A stretch of DNA of 64,000 nucleotides, taken from positions 7,322-71,321 of the forward strand of contig JAHCAW010000017.1 of assembly GCA_019634695.1 (NCBI GenBank). Reading direction: 5' to 3'. This document shows positions 9,978-18,565 of this stretch, piece by piece. Under the pieces are notes generated by a model that had not been told where the DNA came from, ran no database searches, and saw only the letters and a program-made list of their open reading frames with translations. Numbering within the stretch: the stretch's first letter is position 1; each line of letters opens with the position of its first letter. Origin of the DNA: Candidatus Sumerlaeia bacterium. GTDB lineage: Bacteria; Sumerlaeota; Sumerlaeia; SLMS01; JAHLLQ01. A program made the translations under genes and the position numbers.

Positions 9978-12900
9978 TCAGTACAGCGTCCACTCCGGCA
10001 CGGTCGTGTCGGCGGACTTGATCGTGACGATGGCCGGGCCGTGACGACCTGACTTGCCGTGGACGTCCACATCGACGAGGAAGTAGGCGCGCGATTCGCC
10101 GGCGGCGAGTGGCGTCGTGTCCACGAACGTGTAGACGGCTCCGGAGACCTCGGTGCCTTCGCCCGGGATGATCGCGCCATTGAGGCGCGCGCCCGGGGCG
10201 AAGCCGTTGCCGACCGGCACGGCGGCGTGCAGGTGGAAGCCGACGTGGGCGATTTCGGCGGCCGTTTCCCAACGCACGGTGACCGGAGTGCCGGGGCCCG
10301 GCGTGCTGGCCTCGAAGGAAACCAGCTCGACGAGTGTAGGCGAGCCGACGCCGAGCGCCCCGAGGTGCAGGATCTCGCCGTTGACGAAGGTCTTGCTCGG
10401 CGGCTCTGGCAGGAGACCGACGCTGTGGTCGCCCTTCGCGCCATCCGTGAAGACCACCCGCACGTGCGTCAGGTCCGGGAAGCTCGGGTAGCTGGCGCCG
10501 ACGTCTCCGTCGAAGTTGAAGTCGTACAGATGGTTGTTGGGGTTGGTGGGCGTGGGTCCGTAGCCGTAGATGTTCTGCAGACCCGGGTCGTCCTCGTAGT
10601 AGATGTCGACGGTGGCGCTGTTGCCGGGGCTGAGGCCGCCGATGGCGATGTCGAACCACCCGCGCGGGTAGTCCGTTTCGTCGATCGTGGTGGCCGAGGA
10701 GGGCGCATCGATCAGGCTGACGGAGAAGGTGAACTCCGGGCTGGGATTCGCCAGTGCGTGCGTGACGTACTTGTTGCTGACCGGATCGCGCTGCGACAGG
10801 ACGAAGTGCTGAGTGCTGTCGTTCTCGCCGTCACCGTTGCCGTCGGCCCAGCGGGCCGAGCGCGAGGGCCGGCCGTTCTCGACGAGGTCCGGGATGCCGT
10901 CGTTGTCGTAGTCCTGCGTCTCGAAGGCTCCCGAGTCGGGAACCGTATTGTGAATGCGCAGGGCGGGCATGCCGCGTTGGTCGATGAAGATGATGCCGTC
11001 TCCCGGAACGCCGCGCAGGTTGTCCTCGTTCACGTGAATCGCGAGGGCATTGTCGATGGCGGGGCTGCCATCGAGCAGGGCATGCGTCGCTGTCGGTCCG
11101 CCGAACTCGTCGAGGAACGAGATGCGCGGATCGAGCGGGATGGCGGTGGTTCCGACGGCGTCGGTGCCGTCCCAGATGCCTGTCGGATTGGCGATGCCGA
11201 TCACGTTGCCACCGCCGGAGAGGAGATAGCTGGCATTGGGTTCGAGGTCGGCATGGGCGACACTCGGTCCGGCGGCAGTGGTGTTCGCCGCCAGGATCGA
11301 GTTCTGTATCGTGGTGCTGGCATAGTCGGCCATCCAGAGCCCGCCGCCGAATCCCGAGCCGGAGGTGGCCTCGTTGGCGGTGATCGTGGCGTGCGTCAGC
11401 TTCGCCTCGCCGAAGATGGCCATGCCGCCGCCCGTGGGGGCGCGGTTGCCGCTCAGGGTGCTGTTGCCGACCAGCAGCTTCGTGAAGTTGCCGGCCGCGA
11501 TGCCGCCACCCAGGGCGTTGATGGTTTGGTTGAAGGCCACGGTCGAGCCGTGCAGCGTCAGTCTGCCGCCGTCGGCAACCTGGATACCGCCGCCCTTGGA
11601 GGTCGCTTGGTTGCCGCTCACTGTGGAATCGTACAAGTGCAGGTCTCCGCTGCTCCAGATGCCGCCGCCGTATTCGGAAGCCTGTCCGTCGCGCACGGCG
11701 GTCTCGATCAAGTAGAGCGTTCCCGCATTGTTCCGCACGATGGCGCCCGAATCGGCGACGCCCTTCATGATCTGGAGGCGCGAAACCTGGACCTGCCAGT
11801 TGCCATCGATGTCGAGCACGCGGCCCGACCCGTCCGACTCGATCACCAGACTGTCCGTGCCGAGTCCCAGGATGAAGACGTCCCGGTCGATCGTGAGCTG
11901 CGAGCCGAGCAGGTGGGTCCCGAACCCGGTGTCTCCGTCGAAGTAGACCGTGCCGCCGAAGCCGATATGGGCGAGAGCCTCGCGCAGCGAGGTGCCCGAG
12001 CCTTCGCCCAGATTGCTGTCATTCTCGTCGGCCGTTGTCGTCACGACAAGATCCGTGTAGCCGGCCACGCCGTAGACGTCCTGGGTGTTGTTGAGCATGC
12101 CCTCCAGATAGCCGAACGTGAGCGGCGCGTCGGGCGAGGAGTTGCTCGGATCGAAGATCGAGTTGAAGAAGGTCACGTCGGCGCCCTCGCGGATGTAGAC
12201 GGCAGCGCCGAGGCCAAGCCCGCGCGCGCCATCACCAGCCACCTTGGCCACCGACCCCTCGCCCTTCTTCACGGCGATGTCGACGGACGTGCCGCCGAAG
12301 CCGCCCTGGACGATGTTGTTGTGGAACTCGCAGTCCTCGAAACGGACGCGAGCCGGAGTCGTGATGAACCGTCCGACGGCAACGTCGACGAAGACCGCGC
12401 CACCAAGGCCGGCACCACCGCCGCCACCACCACCGCCGTTCCTTTGGCCACCTTCGCCGCCGTGCAGGCCGCCAGCACCCGGTTGCTCGGAGCCAATCGC
12501 GCCGCCGCCGCCGCCGCCGAAGCCGCCCTCGCCGCCGTAGTTGATACTTGAATAGCTCGCACCGCCGCCGCCGCCGAAGTCGCCGCCACGGCCGCCATCG
12601 GCGCCGATGCCGTCGTCGCCCGAGCTGCCACCGCCACCTCCGGCGCCGCGGCCACCATCGCCGCCGCGTTCGGCGAGCATCTCCGTTCCGCCAGCGCCAC
12701 CCGTGCCGTTGAAGAGCGGACCATCACCTCCGCGTCCACCGTTTAGCTCGCCCGGTTCGCCGAAGCCGTACTTGCCCAAGCCGGACGTGCCGCCGCCGCC
12801 GCCGCCCGTTGAACTCTCCACGCCGTCGAAGTAGTATCCGGCGTAGCCTCCATCGCCGCCAATGGCGCTGTTGTCCGTGAACGTCACGCCGCGGAAGATT

Positions 12901-15900
12901 GCCGCAACTGTCGGGGCGACATAGACGCCACCGCCGAAGCCGGCACCGCCGCCGCCACCGTTGGCGCCGGGGCCGCCGTCGCCACCGCGGTTGTAGCCGT
13001 CGGCGATCGTGATCCCCTCAACGTTGATGCGCCCGTTCAGCAGCGCCATCACGCGCGACTCGCCGCCGCCGCTGACGGTCAGCAGCGAGGAACCCGGACC
13101 AAGGATCGACTTGTCGGTCAGGATCGGGAGTTCGCCGGTCGCGGCGTCGATCTCGATGGTTTCGCCCCAGAGAGTGTCGTCGAAGAGGACCGTGCCGCGC
13201 GAGGCGGTGTAGCGAATCGCTTCGCGCAGCGTCACCTCGCCGGGGAACAAGCTGGCGTTGTCCTCGTCGTCGGTCGAATCGACCGTCAGCGAGGGAATTG
13301 CTTCGTAGGCGCCGAGATCGATCCTGCCCCCGATCATGCGGGCAACGCCGCGGGCGTCGGTGGCGGGCTGCGTCGCAATCGAGGGATTGCCGGCGTCGAC
13401 CGCCGGGCCGTCGACCCGCAGCGGCAGCGTCGGCACAGGGCCGCCGTGGTCCGCTGGCCACGGATCGAGCACGAGCGAGACATCGGAGCCGAAGATCTCC
13501 TGCGGGCCGAATCCGGTTGTGGACAGGACGTTGCCAACGAGGTTGAAGCCGTCGGAGTTGAAGTCGCCCGACAGGTCGTCGCCATCGTTGCCGAGGATGA
13601 TCGAGTGGCGGATCGTGGCGTTGGAGACCGGGTTGTACGGAAAGTGCGCCACGGCCCCGCCGGAGAAGCTCGAGTTCCGCACGATCGTCGAGTGCTCGAT
13701 GAGGACGTTCATCTGCTGGGTGCAGCACTCGGCGAAGGCGATCGCGCCGCCATCGTAGAACGTCGAGGCGTTGCCGTGGAAGGTGCTGTTCACGACATGA
13801 ATGTCGTTGCTGAAGACGTTTGTCCACGCCATGATGGCGCCACCTGCGCCGCCATCCGCATAGTTGTTCAGGAAGGTCGAGTTGTTTACCGTCAGGTCGC
13901 CACCGATCATGTAGATGCCGCCGCCCTCGTCCGCGATATTGTTGCGAAAGAGGCTGTCCTCGACAACGACGGAGCCCTTGTAGCTTGACCCGTCGGCGTA
14001 CAGGATGCCGGCACCGGTGGCGTCGTTCTCCTGCAGGATCATTCTCTCGAGCCTCAGATCTGTCTGCACGGCATAGATCGCGCCGCCGCCCTGGTTGGTG
14101 CTGCCACGTTGCAGGGTCAAGTCGGTCATCGTGAAGGGGCGACCGTCCCTGGAGACCCGGAAGATGCGCATCTGGTTCTGGCCGTCGATGGCGAGCAGGT
14201 CCCGTCCGGGGCCGTTGATGAACATCGCCCGATCGATCATCAGATTGTCGTACTGCGAGTCCAGCAACAGGGTCTGCGGGCCATCGACGAACATGCTGTT
14301 GTCGAACTGGATCGTTCCGCCGGGCGCGATCAAGCGCGTTGCCTCGCGCAGCGACAGGTCCCCGTAGGAGTGGTCGCCGTCGTTCTCGTCGACCAGCGTG
14401 CTGACAAGAACGAAGGGGTTGGATTCGACGGCGCCGATATCGACCCTGCCGTTGGCCAGGCGGTTGATGCCGCGTTGGTCACCGACCAGCGAGAAGGGAG
14501 GATCGGGGAAGTTGATCGGGGAGACGTGCGAGTTCAGTCCCGCATCGATCACGGGGCTGCCGGCCATGGGATGGAAGGTCCGGGTAAAACCGCCGAAGTC
14601 GTTGATCGGCAGGAGCATCGGATCCAGCGGGCTGGCGATCGTGCCGATCTGGTCGTCGGTTGCCCCGAATCCCAGCGAGTCGTCGGACCTTGCGATGAAG
14701 TTGCCGCCGTCGCTGGTGAGCGGGGCGAACGCGGACAGGACGTCGGGCCCGGCACTGGCGGTGTTATTGGCGATGATCGTGTTGCGGATCGTCACGCCAG
14801 AGCCGGCCTGGTCCGCAAGACCACCACCCGAGGCGTTTGTTGAGTTGTTGACGATCGTGCAGTTCGTGACGACCAGGCCGCCGCCGTACATGGCGATGCC
14901 GCCGCCGTCGCCGGCAGACGATGCGTTGTTGTTGATCGTCGAGTTCGTCAACGTGACCAGGTTGCCGAAGGTGGCGAGCCCGCCGCCCCCGGTTCCGCCA
15001 TTCGCCTGATTGTTGTTGATCGTCGAGTTGTAGATCGTCAGGTTGCCGTTGGAGGCGATGCCGCCGCCGAAGGGGCCGCTGTTGAGACTGATTGTCGAGT
15101 TCAGGATCGTCAGGTTCGCCCCGTCGAAGACGTTGTTGTTGTGAATGCCGCCGGCGCCCGAGCCGAAGCCCTGCGCGTGATTGGCAGAGATGGTGGAGTT
15201 CTCGATCCGCACGTCGCCGCCACGGATGTCGAGGCCGCCGCCGAACGAACCCGACACCGTGTTGCCCTGGATGGTCGAGTTGCGAATCAGGACCGTCGCG
15301 TTCTCGGTGTAGATGCCGCCGCCGCCGCCGGAGTAGCCGGTGTTCTGGCGGATATTGCTGTTGAGCACGGTCAGGACGCCATAGTTGGCGATCGCGCCAC
15401 CGGTGGTCGCCTGGCAGAACTGGATGACCGTGCCTTCGACCGTCAGGATGCCGTTGTTGAGGATCGCGCCGCCGCCTCCGGCGAAGGCGTTGCCGTTGAT
15501 CAGGCGCAGGCCGGAGATGGTCGCCGTGCCGCCCTGAACGAAGAAGTGCCGGAAGGAATCCTGGGCATCGAGGGTGATGTTCTCGCCGCCCGGGCCGACG
15601 ATCTCGATCGACTGGGGCAGGTTCAGCGTGCCGAGCTGGAGCGTGCTGGTGCCCGACAGGCTCCCGTCGAAGTAGACCGTACCGCCCGGACCGAGGCCGC
15701 CGATCGCCTCGCGCAGCGAGGTGCCGTCACCCACGCCGATGCCGTTGTCCTCGTCGGTCAGCGTGTCGACGACGATCACGGCGCGATTCAGCGTGCCGAA
15801 GACGTCGCTGGTGTCGGAGGGCTGATCGTACGTGAAGCCGCTGCCGCCGGTGCTCGAGGCGACGTTGCCGAAGAAGTAGACATTGTCGGCGATGGCCGTG

Positions 15901-17036
15901 GCCGAGGGATGGACGAAAATGGCTCCGCCGCGTCCTTCTCCGTCCGTGGCCGGCACACCAACCGTCGCCCCCGCCGCGCCACCGATCGCCGAAGTGAAGT
16001 AGATAGCCGTGTCCCGCACGTCCAAGTGCGCACCCGGGCCGACGAAGATGGCACCGCCGAGGCCGGCTCCGCCGCCACCGCCGCCACCCAGACTCGACTG
16101 GCCGCCGTTGCCGCCAAACATTCCCCCGTTGCCCGGGCTGGACATCGAGGTTCCGCCCCCACCGCCGCCGTAGCCCCCAGTGCCTCCCGAGCCGGTATCG
16201 CGCCCGCCGGCGCCGCCGCCGGCCAAGAATCCGCCGGCTCCGCCATTGCCTCCGCCGCCCAGACCGTTTGCTCCGCCGCCGCCGCCGCCCGCGCCCGGGC
16301 CGCCGGCCGTGCCATTGCCCAAGTTGACGCCGCCGATGCCCGTGCTTCCCGCCAACGGGGAGGCGCTGCCGCCGATGCCGCCCTGATTGACGGCCGAGGC
16401 ACCGCCGGGGCCACCCAACCCGCCGCCCCCGCCGCCCGGCTGGGAAGCGCCCGAATTGCCGTCGGCGCCCGCGCCGCCTTGGGCGCCGCAGTTCCAGAAG
16501 TACATATCCTTGATGCGAACCGATCCCGAGCCGCCGATGTAGATGCCGCCGCCGGCGCCCGCGGCGCCCCCGCCGCCCGAGTGGCCCGCCCCGCCATTGC
16601 CGCCCGTGGCGGTGGCATTCTCGATCCCGAAGCCCGACATCGAGACCGTGCCCGACAGCACCGTGAAGGCCCGACGGTTGTTGCTCGCGTCGATGTAGAG
16701 CTTCCACGAGTCTTCGCCATGTCCGATGAACGTGATGTCGGAGGTGATCGTCGGCAGAGGACCGTTGAGGACGATCGCGCCGGTGACCTGGCTGAGGTCG
16801 ATCACGTCGGCTCCGCTGCCGGCCGGCGCGTCGAAGGAGGGCGCGTCCGTGTTGGCCGCGATGATCGCCTCGCGCAACGAAACGAAGCCGTCGGCGGATG
16901 CAGTATCGTTGGTCGTCGTGACGACAATCACGGCGGGCAAGGCGACCGCTGGCAGGCCGAGGAGCACCGGCGCGACGCGCAGGGCGTGGGGCAGTTTGGC
17001 ACGGGACAGCCGGCAGAAGAAGGAATGCAACGACAC
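9978..17036 (-). CDS. giant secreted repeat protein (~2353 aa). It has five modules, each an SLREA-motif (CSLREA-like) N-domain followed by right-handed parallel beta-helix repeats, with glycine-rich linkers. The C-terminal region is Ca-binding-like DxDxDG plus a beta-sandwich-like domain.
   Basis: Track ORF 9978..17087. GTG at complement 17034-17036 is preferred because GGAGG sits 6 nt upstream. An N-terminal signal follows (LPHALRVAPVLLGLPAVALPAVIVV). The motif recurs five times: TTTNDTASADGFVSLREAI, TDEDNGIGVGDGTSLREAI, VDENDGDHSYGDLSLREAT, TDDEDNASLFPGEVTLREAI, TADENDSNLGEGSGTSLREAL. Between them are long NSTIxNN/NxTIxxN pectate-lyase-like beta-helix repeats and G-rich (GGxGGxG) tracts. 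Confidence 0.8.
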   Translation of the reverse strand: MSLHSFFCRLSRAKLPHALRVAPVLLGLPAVALPAVIVVTTTNDTASADGFVSLREAIIAANTDAPSFDAPAGSGADVIDLSQVTGAIVLNGPLPTITSDITFIGHGEDSWKLYIDASNNRRAFTVLSGTVSMSGFGIENATATGGNGGAGHSGGGGAAGAGGGIYIGGSGSVRIKDMYFWNCGAQGGAGADGNSGASQPGGGGGGLGGPGGASAVNQGGIGGSASPLAGSTGIGGVNLGNGTAGGPGAGGGGGGANGLGGGGNGGAGGFLAGGGAGGRDTGSGGTGGYGGGGGGTSMSSPGNGGMFGGNGGQSSLGGGGGGGAGLGGAIFVGPGAHLDVRDTAIYFTSAIGGAAGATVGVPATDGEGRGGAIFVHPSATAIADNVYFFGNVASSTGGSGFTYDQPSDTSDVFGTLNRAVIVVDTLTDEDNGIGVGDGTSLREAIGGLGPGGTVYFDGSLSGTSTLQLGTLNLPQSIEIVGPGGENITLDAQDSFRHFFVQGGTATISGLRLINGNAFAGGGGAILNNGILTVEGTVIQFCQATTGGAIANYGVLTVLNSNIRQNTGYSGGGGGIYTENATVLIRNSTIQGNTVSGSFGGGLDIRGGDVRIENSTISANHAQGFGSGAGGIHNNNVFDGANLTILNSTISLNSGPFGGGIASNGNLTIYNSTINNNQANGGTGGGGLATFGNLVTLTNSTINNNASSAGDGGGIAMYGGGLVVTNCTIVNNSTNASGGGLADQAGSGVTIRNTIIANNTASAGPDVLSAFAPLTSDGGNFIARSDDSLGFGATDDQIGTIASPLDPMLLPINDFGGFTRTFHPMAGSPVIDAGLNSHVSPINFPDPPFSLVGDQRGINRLANGRVDIGAVESNPFVLVSTLVDENDGDHSYGDLSLREATRLIAPGGTIQFDNSMFVDGPQTLLLDSQYDNLMIDRAMFINGPGRDLLAIDGQNQMRIFRVSRDGRPFTMTDLTLQRGSTNQGGGAIYAVQTDLRLERMILQENDATGAGILYADGSSYKGSVVVEDSLFRNNIADEGGGIYMIGGDLTVNNSTFLNNYADGGAGGAIMAWTNVFSNDIHVVNSTFHGNASTFYDGGAIAFAECCTQQMNVLIEHSTIVRNSSFSGGAVAHFPYNPVSNATIRHSIILGNDGDDLSGDFNSDGFNLVGNVLSTTGFGPQEIFGSDVSLVLDPWPADHGGPVPTLPLRVDGPAVDAGNPSIATQPATDARGVARMIGGRIDLGAYEAIPSLTVDSTDDEDNASLFPGEVTLREAIRYTASRGTVLFDDTLWGETIEIDAATGELPILTDKSILGPGSSLLTVSGGGESRVMALLNGRINVEGITIADGYNRGGDGGPGANGGGGGAGFGGGVYVAPTVAAIFRGVTFTDNSAIGGDGGYAGYYFDGVESSTGGGGGGTSGLGKYGFGEPGELNGGRGGDGPLFNGTGGAGGTEMLAERGGDGGRGAGGGGGSSGDDGIGADGGRGGDFGGGGGASYSSINYGGEGGFGGGGGGAIGSEQPGAGGLHGGEGGQRNGGGGGGGGAGLGGAVFVDVAVGRFITTPARVRFEDCEFHNNIVQGGFGGTSVDIAVKKGEGSVAKVAGDGARGLGLGAAVYIREGADVTFFNSIFDPSNSSPDAPLTFGYLEGMLNNTQDVYGVAGYTDLVVTTTADENDSNLGEGSGTSLREALAHIGFGGTVYFDGDTGFGTHLLGSQLTIDRDVFILGLGTDSLVIESDGSGRVLDIDGNWQVQVSRLQIMKGVADSGAIVRNNAGTLYLIETAVRDGQASEYGGGIWSSGDLHLYDSTVSGNQATSKGGGIQVADGGRLTLHGSTVAFNQTINALGGGIAAGNFTKLLVGNSTLSGNRAPTGGGMAIFGEAKLTHATITANEATSGSGFGGGLWMADYASTTIQNSILAANTTAAGPSVAHADLEPNASYLLSGGGNVIGIANPTGIWDGTDAVGTTAIPLDPRISFLDEFGGPTATHALLDGSPAIDNALAIHVNEDNLRGVPGDGIIFIDQRGMPALRIHNTVPDSGAFETQDYDNDGIPDLVENGRPSRSARWADGNGDGENDSTQHFVLSQRDPVSNKYVTHALANPSPEFTFSVSLIDAPSSATTIDETDYPRGWFDIAIGGLSPGNSATVDIYYEDDPGLQNIYGYGPTPTNPNNHLYDFNFDGDVGASYPSFPDLTHVRVVFTDGAKGDHSVGLLPEPPSKTFVNGEILHLGALGVGSPTLVELVSFEASTPGPGTPVTVRWETAAEIAHVGFHLHAAVPVGNGFAPGARLNGAIIPGEGTEVSGAVYTFVDTTPLAAGESRAYFLVDVDVHGKSGRHGPAIVTIKSADTTVPEWTLY

Positions 17037-17558
17037 GGGACACCTCCGGATGTGGGGCGGTGGACTGCGCTGCAGGCGATCAGGCACACGTCTGGAACGG
17101 GCGACGTCCGCGTGCTCGGCTGCGTGAAATCTCCGCGGGGGAATTCGTATGCTCGTTACGGCAAATAGAATGGTGCGGACAGAACGTCTCGGTGACCGGG
17201 CCTCCGCCCGATGACCCTCCTTGCCAGCCCTTGGGGGCCGCGCAAGGCGCAGGTTCCGACATCATGGCACTGGAAATAGCGGCAAGGCGCGGCACCACAC
17301 AAGGGGGAATTTGAGCGCAGGGCCGGAAATCCGACGGCACGGGTCGCCCCTCGCAGGTGGTTCGCCGATGGGCAAGGTGGGTGGAAGTGCATCAGTCGGA
17401 GAATCGGGAGAATGCGGATACCTAAGGCTTGAAATCTCAGGCGCGCACGAGCCCGCTTTGCCCGTCGGGACCAGCGAAAAACAGCTTGCGGCACTTCGGC
17501 CGGCCTCCGCAGCATCCGCGGCACCGTTGGCATGGCGTAGGAAGTTCAGGGCGCCGAT

Positions 17559-17574
17559 TGTGAAAGATTTCACA
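17559..17574. promoter_or_regulatory. perfect CRP/FNR-superfamily operator-like palindrome TGTGA-N6-TCACA upstream of actA
   Basis: TGTGAAAGATTTCACA lies in the 690-nt divergent intergenic region, about 155 nt upstream of the actA start codon. Confidence 0.3.
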
Positions 17575-17727
17575 AGTTCGGCTCTGGACGGTCGCCCGGC
17601 CCGGGATACAGGGGAGAGGTCTCGGGGGAATCGCAGCGATGCGGTTGGCCGCTTGAATATTGTCCGGTTTTGTCAACCGGCCTGATTCGACGGCACCGAA
17701 CCGGCCCCAGATTCCGGGAGTACGTGC

Positions 17728-18549
17728 ATGAAGGTGACTGCCGAAGCGATCCTGGCCCGTTGGCGCCTCGCCTTCCTTGCCGGGATTGTATTGGTGGCCG
17801 GCGGCGTCAAGGCGCTCGAGCTCACCCACAATCGCGGCTACCAGCCGCTGCAGCCGATTCCGTTCAGCCACAAGGTCCACGCCGGCCAACTCGGCATGGA
17901 CTGCCTCTACTGCCATACCAACGCCGAGCGCTCCAAGCACGCCACCGTCCCTTCGGTCGAAACCTGCATGGGCTGCCATGAGATGGTGCGCACCGACCGC
18001 CCGGCGATTCAGGAGCTGGCCGGCTACTGGGAGCGCGGCGAGCCCGTGCCGTGGGTACGCATCCACAGCCTGCCCGACCACGCCTACTTCAACCACGCCG
18101 CCCACGTGAACGCCGGTGTCTCCTGCCAGACCTGCCATGGCCCCATTCAGGAGATGGAAATCGTCTACCAGTACGTGGACATGAGCATGGGCTGGTGCAT
18201 GTCGTGCCATCGCAGCGACGAGTACCTGCGCACGCCCGAGCGGCTGGCACGCGCCCACGTCCACGGCGAGTTCGCGCACTCGTACTATCGCACGGACGGC
18301 CCGGTGCGCATCGACGCGGCGAAGCTGAAGGAAGAGTACGCCAGCGTGCGGGGGGCGTTCTGGAACGGCGACGACCTGAACCGGCTGACGGCCGGGGCGT
18401 CGGCCCGCGAGGTCAGCGAGGCGATCCGCCAGACGATGGGTTACGACAGTTACGCGCGCCAGGAAGGCACGCGCGGCATCGGCGTGGTGGTCGACCACGT
18501 CAAGGCCTTTCAGAATGCCTCGATCGCCTGCAACACGTGTCACCAGTAG
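17728..18549 (+). CDS. actA: alternative complex III subunit ActA, pentaheme cytochrome c
   Basis: Five CxxCH motifs (CLYCH, CMGCH, CQTCH, CMSCH, CNTCH). There is an N-terminal membrane anchor. GGGAG SD is 7 nt upstream of the ATG. It is the first gene of the act cluster. Confidence 0.85.
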   Translation: MKVTAEAILARWRLAFLAGIVLVAGGVKALELTHNRGYQPLQPIPFSHKVHAGQLGMDCLYCHTNAERSKHATVPSVETCMGCHEMVRTDRPAIQELAGYWERGEPVPWVRIHSLPDHAYFNHAAHVNAGVSCQTCHGPIQEMEIVYQYVDMSMGWCMSCHRSDEYLRTPERLARAHVHGEFAHSYYRTDGPVRIDAAKLKEEYASVRGAFWNGDDLNRLTAGASAREVSEAIRQTMGYDSYARQEGTRGIGVVVDHVKAFQNASIACNTCHQ

Positions 18550-18565
18550 CGCGAAGGACGTCGCG

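Noticed and set aside
12000-16800. Glycine-codon (GGC/GGN) microsatellite-like tracts inside the giant gene as possible slipped-strand phase-variation sites
   Set aside because: The tracts are imperfect mixed GGN codons encoding Gly-rich linkers, not homopolymeric or exact short tandem repeats. There is no evidence of variable length.
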